From: an uncultured Rhabdochlamydiaceae bacterium
GTDB lineage: Bacteria; Chlamydiota; Chlamydiia; Chlamydiales; Rhabdochlamydiaceae
Assembly: GCA_963712275.1 (NCBI GenBank)
Contig: CAVQHD010000001.1
Coordinates: 1-64,000, forward strand
Direction: 5' to 3'
DNA: 64,000 nt
Both the position numbers and the translations under genes were made by a program. This document shows positions 48,415 to 55,154 of the stretch, piece by piece; position 1 is the first letter of the stretch; each line of letters starts with the position of its first letter. Below the pieces are notes generated by a model that saw nothing but the letters and a program-made list of their open reading frames with translations, was not told the origin of the DNA and did not search any database.

Positions 48415-50232
48415 GATCTTAGCAATAAGATGTGCAGATTGTTTTGTGTTTGTAGACGATTCTAAAACGATCAAATCGACAGCTTGACGATGAGCAACAT
48501 CAAGAATGGCCTCTGCTGCATTTCGAGCTCTAATCACCTCTAAATGAATGGAAATACCCTGATCACGGGCAATCGCTTCAGCAGTTTTGAGAACTTGCCC
48601 CGCTGTTTGCACGCGATGGGGTAGCGATGCTTCAAGGGGGAGCGAAAATGGGACTTCGATAATATGAACAGCTGTGATCTCAGCGTGATGAAGTTTCGCT
48701 ATTTCAGAGGCGATCTGCATCAGCTCTATTTGATGAGCGCTTCGAAGCGGAAGCAAGATTTTTTGAATCTCAAAAGGACGCATCTTCGGAATCTTGATTT
48801 TTTCAATGGTGCTTTGCGCTGTTGGCGAAATCTGTTTTTTTCGCCGATAAACAAAGTACATGACAAGACCTACTAAAACCCAAGCAAACCCCAAATACCG
48901 CCCTTCGGGTTTTGTGATAATAATGAGCATCCAAACTGCAAAACTGCTAAGAGCACCTAGAACCGCAGGAATTGGGATCTCTTTTCCTTTTATTTTGATA
49001 TTCAGTGGGACTTTAAAAGGTCTTCGTAAATCGGGCTGTTTGATTCTTAAGAGAATCAGTGAAATTTGAGTTGAAAAAAAAGCAATTTGAGCTCCGAAGT
49101 TGTAGAGATCTGCTAAAAAGCTCATCCTTGCCTGGCTTAAAGCGACAATGATACAGGCCAAAAGGGCAAACAGCGCAAGGGCCGCATGCGGAGTCCGGAA
49201 ACGAGGGTGTAATTTATACAGAAAGCGAGGAAGCTGGTAATGCTCTCCCATATTGAAAGAAAGGCGAGAAGCCCCCATGAGCCCCGCATTGGCCGCAACA
49301 AAGAGCGTGACCGCCGCGAGAATTCCAACCCAAGGTAATAAAAAAGAGCTTCCCCAAGAAAAGTTCTGGACAATTCCTGCAATCGGCTGCTCTTCATATA
49401 CATGCCCTAGCTGATACGGCGTCAAAATAGAAAGCCCTACAAAAGATAGCCCCAAATACATGAAAACCAGAACACCCATTGCAATCATAATCGCCCGTGG
49501 CACTGTTCTCATAGGAGCTTTTGTCTCGCTACTCAGCTGCGCAATTGATTCAATCCCCGTATAGGCCACCATCGCCATGGCAGTCCCTTTGATGAACTGA
49601 CTCCATGTAGGAGAAGAATCGACTCCAGCTCGATTGATCGCAAGCTGTGAAAAAAATGTCGAGAAATTCTCTATTGTGAGCAGCCCCACCCCAATGATAA
49701 TCAGCTGGGTCAACACGGTAAAAATCATCAGAAAAAAACTGGTGCGCGTCGATTCTTTTGCTCCCCAAATATTGAGCACTAAAAGAATCAAAATCACACA
49801 AATGGTAAAAATAATTTGAACTGAATCTTCCTTCAGCTCTGGGAAAAATTGGATCAGGTAAGGGCCAATAGTGAAAGCAGAGATTGCAATCGTGACGATA
49901 TAATCGAGTAAAAGACCCCAGCCAGCAATAAATGAGATTAAATCATTAAAGGCATGCCTGGCATAGCTGGCAGATCCTCCCGACTCGTGAAACGTCGAGG
50001 ACATTTCAGCATAAGAAAGCGCTGTGCAAACAAACACAAAGCCAGCAAGAAGCATTGCCAAAGGGGTTGCGCCCAGAGCAAAAAAAGCAGTCACTCCCAA
50101 GGCATAGTAGATGGAAGATCCCAAATCTCCATAACCAATTGCAAACAGGTCAAAAACCCCTAAAACACGTTTAAGAGCTCCTCGATCCAGCTGAGCAATA
50201 TTTGAGCCCTTTTTAGGATGATTTGCAGCCAT
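48373..50232 (-). CDS. APC amino-acid permease with C-terminal universal stress protein domain
   Basis: LKRVLG, GSSIYYALG, SYAE..S...SGG, AYTGIES, HPRFRTP, RRPFKVP; C-terminal ILLP...AVHIIEVP...AEAIL..A....DLIV. Confidence 0.92.
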   Translation of the reverse strand: MAANHPKKGSNIAQLDRGALKRVLGVFDLFAIGYGDLGSSIYYALGVTAFFALGATPLAMLLAGFVFVCTALSYAEMSSTFHESGGSASYARHAFNDLISFIAGWGLLLDYIVTIAISAFTIGPYLIQFFPELKEDSVQIIFTICVILILLVLNIWGAKESTRTSFFLMIFTVLTQLIIIGVGLLTIENFSTFFSQLAINRAGVDSSPTWSQFIKGTAMAMVAYTGIESIAQLSSETKAPMRTVPRAIMIAMGVLVFMYLGLSFVGLSILTPYQLGHVYEEQPIAGIVQNFSWGSSFLLPWVGILAAVTLFVAANAGLMGASRLSFNMGEHYQLPRFLYKLHPRFRTPHAALALFALLACIIVALSQARMSFLADLYNFGAQIAFFSTQISLILLRIKQPDLRRPFKVPLNIKIKGKEIPIPAVLGALSSFAVWMLIIITKPEGRYLGFAWVLVGLVMYFVYRRKKQISPTAQSTIEKIKIPKMRPFEIQKILLPLRSAHQIELMQIASEIAKLHHAEITAVHIIEVPFSLPLEASLPHRVQTAGQVLKTAEAIARDQGISIHLEVIRARNAAEAILDVAHRQAVDLIVLESSTNTKQSAHLIAKILPHIPCRVWICHS

Positions 50233-50259
50233 GTATTTGATATGGCATCCGAAAATTTA

Positions 50260-50290
50260 TTTGACAACTTATTTCAATCAGATGTACGCT
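50260..50290 (+). promoter_or_regulatory. Putative promoter of the lasso precursor (TTGACA-18-TACGCT)
   Basis: TTGACA at 50261-50266, TACGCT at 50285-50290; TTTGACAACTT also occurs upstream of the cyclase. Confidence 0.55.
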
Positions 50291-50339
50291 TCAAAGTGCT
50301 GCTAACGCAGCAAATTGTTATAAAAAAACAGGAGTTCTT

Positions 50340-50465
50340 ATGAAAAAACAAAAAAATGCTCAGAAAAAAGTGTCTCAAGTTGTTGTGCTAGGACAGGCCT
50401 CAAAACTGACCCTTGGACTCGTTGGCGCCCCAGCAGAAGGAATTACAAGGCATTATAACGCCTAG
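50340..50465 (+). CDS. Lasso peptide precursor (A): MKKQKNAQKKVSQVVVLGQASKLTL-GLVGAPAEGITRHYNA
   Basis: Below ORF-track size cutoff. AGGAG RBS at 50330-50334; leader LGxASxLT with Thr at -2; core Gly1 and Glu8; adjacent to B/D/C genes. Confidence 0.92.
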   Translation: MKKQKNAQKKVSQVVVLGQASKLTLGLVGAPAEGITRHYNA

Positions 50466-50480
50466 TCGCTTGCTCACTAT

Positions 50481-50505
50481 GGCTGTACGCTTTAAGCGTA
50501 CAGCC
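50481..50505. terminator. Hairpin between the convergent precursor and B genes
   Basis: GGCTGTACGC-TTTAA-GCGTACAGCC followed by CTTCTT. Confidence 0.75.
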
Positions 50506-50510
50506 CTTCT

Positions 50511-51272
50511 TCAGAAATGAGGTTCTCTTAAGATAATTGATAAAACCTGTGCAATTTCTGGATCATCATGGATGACTTTCGTTGAGATTTCTGCCCAAGC
50601 ATGCGCATAAAAGGGGTTCGTTTGCACCCCAATGGCCAAGTTGCACCTCCATTTTTTCTTCAGTGCTAATAAGACAAAGGTTGAAGCCCACCCCAAGCAA
50701 AAAGTTTTTGTTGGGTAGAGAACTGTTGCCGCATCAAGGGCATTGACAAGTTTTTGAATATCTTCTGGCTCAGGAATATGATGAGAGGTTCCTTTCTGCG
50801 AGACTGCTTTGATCGTCTCCAAGATCCCTTTGATCCCTCCACGCTTGATGATCCGAGAAACAGAAGCTAATTGGATGAATGCACGAACAAGCTCAACAAT
50901 CGAAACCTGAGCAAACGGTTTCCATGAGGGTTTTGTATCCCACTTGTATTCACAAAGCCCTCCTCCCTTAATGGGAGGCGGCTCAACTTTTTTTCGATCA
51001 GACCCCTCACTTGGCGTGATAAACCCTTTCTCTTGGAACTCGAGGATCCAATCATTCAACGACTCAGGATCTTCAGATGGTACTGCCGTTTGATACAATT
51101 CATTTTCAAAAATAAACTCTTCGCTGCAGATTTTATCTAAGAACTGCGCTGCAGATTCAACAAGGTTCAGATATTGATCATTTTGGACATCTAAAATAAT
51201 CACTGCCTCATCAAAATGGGCAGCGAAAATCGATGGAGCTAAAGAAAACCGAACTGTATTTGTCTCTTCCAT
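50511..51272 (-). CDS. Lasso peptide biosynthesis protein B (fused RRE + transglutaminase-like leader peptidase), McjB-like
   Basis: N-terminal AVIILDVQNDQY beta strands; C-terminal CL...LAIGVQTNPFYAHAWAE....IHD with Cys-His-Asp triad. Confidence 0.93.
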   Translation of the reverse strand: MEETNTVRFSLAPSIFAAHFDEAVIILDVQNDQYLNLVESAAQFLDKICSEEFIFENELYQTAVPSEDPESLNDWILEFQEKGFITPSEGSDRKKVEPPPIKGGGLCEYKWDTKPSWKPFAQVSIVELVRAFIQLASVSRIIKRGGIKGILETIKAVSQKGTSHHIPEPEDIQKLVNALDAATVLYPTKTFCLGWASTFVLLALKKKWRCNLAIGVQTNPFYAHAWAEISTKVIHDDPEIAQVLSIILREPHF

Positions 51273-51277
51273 AAATC

Positions 51278-53032
51278 TTACAACGTCCTTTCGAAGATAT
51301 CACTTCGCTGTTGCTGACGCCAAAGCTGCGCATATAAACCTTCCCTTTGCTGCAACTCTTCGTGCGTTCCTCGCTCTATGATCGTTCCCTGATCTAATAC
51401 AAGAATTTCATTGGCATGAATAATCGTGGAAAGGCGATGCGCAATGATGATTGTCGTTGTTCTTGATAAAATGGCTCCAATATTGGTTTGAATTGCACGT
51501 TCAGTTGTGGTATCAAGAGCAGAAGTGGCTTCGTCAAAGATGAAGAGAAGAGGTTTTTTAAGTAAGGCGCGTGCAATGGAAATCCGTTGTTTCTCCCCTC
51601 CTGAAAGCTTTAATCCCCTTTCTCCAACAACCGTATCATACCCCTGCGGCAATGATGAAATGAGCGTCTCTAATTGCACAAGCGCTACAACTTCTGCAAC
51701 CTCTTCTTGGGTGCATTGAAGGTTGCCATACGCAATATTGTAGTAAAGGGTGTCATTGAATAAGACGGTATCTTGAGGCACGATCCCTATGGCTTGACGC
51801 AGTGATGATTGCGACAAAGAGCGAATATCGCGCCCGTTTAACCTAATCGATCCGGAATCGACATCATAAAAGCGAAAAAGGAGCCCTGCAACCGTTGATT
51901 TTCCAGAACCGGTAGGCCCGACAATTGCAATTGTTTTTCCAGCACCAGCTGTCAGAGATACATTTTTTAAAATCGGTTTCTCCTGCATGTAGCTAAAGCA
52001 GACATTTTCAAAGGAGACTTCCACGCAGTCCGCTGCAAAAGGCACGGCTTCCGGCGCATCTCGAATCTCCGGTTGGAGCTGACAAATTTTGTACACGCTA
52101 TTGAGATTTTGATTCCCTTGTTTCAATTGATGCAAAAGGTATCCAAAATATTGGAGCGGCGTTGCAAATTGGAGTAAATACCCATTGATCAGCACAAAAT
52201 CTCCCAAAGTCATATTTCCAGCATAAACAGATCGACCCGACATCCATGTGAGAAAGGTGAGCCCCAGGCTAATGATAAACGCATATCCCATTTGGATGGC
52301 AATATTTGTGCGGGATTTCTGAATGCCGGCCTTCTCCTGTTCTGCAAGAATCGTATTTAATTTTTGATGTTCGAACTCCTCATTGTTGAAATATTTAACC
52401 GTTTCAAAATTTAAAAGACTATCGACGATTTGGGAGCTTGCATGTGAACGTTTTTCATTATGGAGCTGTTGCACCTCAGCTGTTTTTTTAAGTCCAAAGA
52501 TATTGAGAATCACAAAACCTACAAAAACAAAGAAAAGAACACCGCTAAATGAAACCCCATAGAAATAAGTGATAAGTGAAACGACCACACCCATCTCGAT
52601 CACCGTCGGGATCAAAAATGAGAACAATCCCCAAAAGATCCCTTCCAAACCTGTTTGGGCTTGATGGAGCTGGCTCGTCAGCGCACCTGTACGCCTGTCT
52701 GCGTGAAATTTCTTTGTCAAAGAATGCAAATGATCCATCACTTTGATCATTAGCTGACGGATCGTCCTTTCAAGTGTGTTTAGGATCATAAACATTCTGA
52801 TTTGCGTAATCATCTGGTCAAAAAACCAACAGAGTCCATACCCAATCAGAATGACTGAGATCAAAGATAATGAAAAAGAAGGAGGCTTTGACAAAAGATC
52901 TATAATTTTCTTAAAAACAAAGGGAATCCCCAAGCGCAAAAGAATCGTCAAAATCGTCAAGCAACTCGCAATCAAAAGACTTGATCGAGCGCGCCAGCCT
53001 GCAGGCCATAAAAAGGAGAGTAAAAAACGCAT
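51278..53032 (-). CDS. ABC exporter, fused TMD-NBD (lasso cluster D; Atm1/HMT1-like)
   Basis: 6 TM, DSLLNFETVKYFNNE, GPTGSGKST, VPQD, LSGGEKQR, DEATSALD, IAHRLST; 5 nt from B gene. Confidence 0.92.
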   Translation of the reverse strand: MRFLLSFLWPAGWRARSSLLIASCLTILTILLRLGIPFVFKKIIDLLSKPPSFSLSLISVILIGYGLCWFFDQMITQIRMFMILNTLERTIRQLMIKVMDHLHSLTKKFHADRRTGALTSQLHQAQTGLEGIFWGLFSFLIPTVIEMGVVVSLITYFYGVSFSGVLFFVFVGFVILNIFGLKKTAEVQQLHNEKRSHASSQIVDSLLNFETVKYFNNEEFEHQKLNTILAEQEKAGIQKSRTNIAIQMGYAFIISLGLTFLTWMSGRSVYAGNMTLGDFVLINGYLLQFATPLQYFGYLLHQLKQGNQNLNSVYKICQLQPEIRDAPEAVPFAADCVEVSFENVCFSYMQEKPILKNVSLTAGAGKTIAIVGPTGSGKSTVAGLLFRFYDVDSGSIRLNGRDIRSLSQSSLRQAIGIVPQDTVLFNDTLYYNIAYGNLQCTQEEVAEVVALVQLETLISSLPQGYDTVVGERGLKLSGGEKQRISIARALLKKPLLFIFDEATSALDTTTERAIQTNIGAILSRTTTIIIAHRLSTIIHANEILVLDQGTIIERGTHEELQQREGLYAQLWRQQQRSDIFERTL

Positions 53033-53039
53033 AATCTTA

Positions 53040-53081
53040 GAGACTGTCCTACGGATTCAGGTTTCGTCGATAGACAGTCTC
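53040..53081. mobile_element. 42-bp minimal MITE-like element flanked by TTA direct repeats
   Basis: TTA|GAGACTGTC...GACAGTCTC|TTA; contains TCAGGTTTCGTCG, the reverse complement of a family A arm motif. Confidence 0.7.
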
Positions 53082-53084
53082 TTA

Positions 53085-53254
53085 GAAGCTGTCTTAAAAC
53101 TCAGTTTCTGTCGATTTTTGAGGCTTTTTGAGCCAATTTTCGCTTTATTTGGTGGGGGTAATATCAACTTTCGTATATTACCCCCACCAAATAAAGCGAA
53201 AATTGGCCAAAAATCCTCCAAAAAGCGACGAAACCTGAGGGTTAAGACAGCTTC
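53085..53254. mobile_element. Family A ~170-bp palindromic element with TTA target-site duplication
   Basis: TTA|GAAGCTGTCTTAA...TTAAGACAGCTTC|TTA; interior nearly identical to 21638-21807. Confidence 0.88.
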
Positions 53255-53338
53255 TTACAGAAGTGTACTCATTTTTTGATATTCTTTGACAACTTTTCTA
53301 GATATATAGGAATCTATTTAAAAAATTGGAGTCCCACA

Positions 53339-55102
53339 ATGCCATTTTTAATCGGTGCTTTTGGCGCCATTTGTAAGTCATTAGATTTTAAACGCCTCCA
53401 TCGGCTCGCAGAGAACGATATCTCTTCAATCCTCACAGAAGATGCCTCCATCTTCACGCCTAAAATAGACGCCTGGGGTCAAGATCCAGCGATACAACTC
53501 CCCAACAATTATGGAGTATTAATTGGGAAAATTTTTGAAAAAACGAGTTATCAAAATGGCTTGTTTACTCTAGACATCACACAAAAAATCGTCAAGGATC
53601 CTCAAATTTTAACACAAGAGTTTTGGGGGCGTTACGCTGGCGTGCTATATGATCAAGGCAATCGCTCCATAACTTTGGTGCGAGACCCCTTGGGCTTGTC
53701 GACCCTTTTTTATTCGATTCAGCCAGATGGAATTGTATTTTCTACTGAAATTGCCCTTCTCTATGACCTTTTAGAAAATAAACCTTCTATCGACTGGATG
53801 TATTTTGCTGAATATCTCATCGGTCAGAATCAAGCGCTGCCAACAACCCCTTTTGCTGGAATTCAAGAGCTGCTTCCAGGAATGAGTCTTTGCTACACCT
53901 GCGCTGGGAATACCTCCCATCGGTACTTGTGGAATCTCGATCCAATGCGCGGAACATATATTGAAAATAACGAGGCCTTTGAAGAGCAGCTCCTTGCGGT
54001 CATGAAAAAATGCACACAAGCTTGGACTAGGGGAAGCAAAGGGGTTTGCGTCCAACTCTCTGGAGGGACAGACTCTTCAGGGGTAACGCTTCTTTTGCGC
54101 AGCGTGCTATCTGCAGACCAAAAACTGATGTGTGTTAATTATATCGACAGCCAAATAACGAGTTCAAATGAGGTTGAGCATGCCAAGGAAGTTGCAAACG
54201 CCTGCCATGCCCCTTTATCGTTTCTAGATTGGCACGAGTCTTCTTTTTTAGACCCTTTTCCAGATGGATGGAGGCCTAATAGGCCAAGCACCTTGCTACT
54301 TAATTACAATGGCAATCAGCAGCTAGACGAATTAGCCGCCAGCTCCGGATGCGACGTTATCATGAATGGTCAAGGCGGCGATCATGTATTTATTGCTTCT
54401 CCCCCCATGGACTGCCTTGCTGATTTATGGCTCCAACGGAAATTCAAAGAAATCCCTGCTTTTTTGAGTCAGCTAAGTGGAATTTATCGGACGCCATGGT
54501 GGTCTGTGATCCAGCACAATCTCAAATCCCTTTCAGCGTACTATCGAAGAAAAAATTCAAGCCAGCCTCAAGCTGCTCCTTTCTTAGACCCTGCTTTACT
54601 TGAGCGCCTTCCTCACAGACCCTTTTATTTAAAAGAGGCTCTTGCCTCCTTCCATCCCGGAAAAGCAAAGCAATTAGAATCCCTCTACCATGCCGTTGCC
54701 TACTCAGAGCGGAGCGAGCGGTCCCCATCGCAAACCCATACCCATCCCATTCTTTCTCAACCGATCGTAGAATTAGCTTTAAAAATTCCAATATTTCAAT
54801 CGTTTAAAGATGGGTATAATCGAATATTTTTCAGAAATGCCGTTAGCCGTATCCAAAAATTAGACTCTTTATGGCGAAAAACCAAACGGCAAACGACAAC
54901 ATCAACCCTTAGGGGTTTTACCTCTAACTTTGACGCTATCCTCGATCTAGTGACTTCCGGTAGTCTTTACCACAGTGGAATCCTCCATAAAAAATGGGTT
55001 GAAGAGCAGCTAGTAAAAATAAAACATGGTCTTTATGAAAATCTCTGGCCCCTACTCTACATCATTACCAGTCAAAGATGGCTCAATCAGTGGAAATTGT
55101 AA
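53339..55102 (+). CDS. Lasso peptide cyclase (C; asparagine synthetase-like isopeptide ligase), McjC-like
   Basis: FWGRYA, VRDPLG, QLSGGTDSS PPi loop, NGQGGDHVF, HP.LSQP.VE.AL.IP, R..FR.A, WRKTK; no N-terminal catalytic Cys of glutaminase; ATG 53339 with GGAG RBS. Confidence 0.92.
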   Translation: MPFLIGAFGAICKSLDFKRLHRLAENDISSILTEDASIFTPKIDAWGQDPAIQLPNNYGVLIGKIFEKTSYQNGLFTLDITQKIVKDPQILTQEFWGRYAGVLYDQGNRSITLVRDPLGLSTLFYSIQPDGIVFSTEIALLYDLLENKPSIDWMYFAEYLIGQNQALPTTPFAGIQELLPGMSLCYTCAGNTSHRYLWNLDPMRGTYIENNEAFEEQLLAVMKKCTQAWTRGSKGVCVQLSGGTDSSGVTLLLRSVLSADQKLMCVNYIDSQITSSNEVEHAKEVANACHAPLSFLDWHESSFLDPFPDGWRPNRPSTLLLNYNGNQQLDELAASSGCDVIMNGQGGDHVFIASPPMDCLADLWLQRKFKEIPAFLSQLSGIYRTPWWSVIQHNLKSLSAYYRRKNSSQPQAAPFLDPALLERLPHRPFYLKEALASFHPGKAKQLESLYHAVAYSERSERSPSQTHTHPILSQPIVELALKIPIFQSFKDGYNRIFFRNAVSRIQKLDSLWRKTKRQTTTSTLRGFTSNFDAILDLVTSGSLYHSGILHKKWVEEQLVKIKHGLYENLWPLLYIITSQRWLNQWKL

Positions 55103-55154
55103 AAATCTTTGATTTCTTTGAGAATTTTGTTTATTCCTCATAAAAAGGAGTCAT

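Noticed and set aside
53339..55102. Asparagine synthetase AsnB as a primary-metabolism gene
   Set aside because: No N-terminal Cys glutaminase start, and it sits with a lasso B protein and precursor; cyclase fits better
55103..55154. Second lasso precursor near the cluster
   Set aside because: No short ORF with Thr(-2), Gly1 and Asp/Glu 7-9 found here or in the other cluster intergenic gaps by eye
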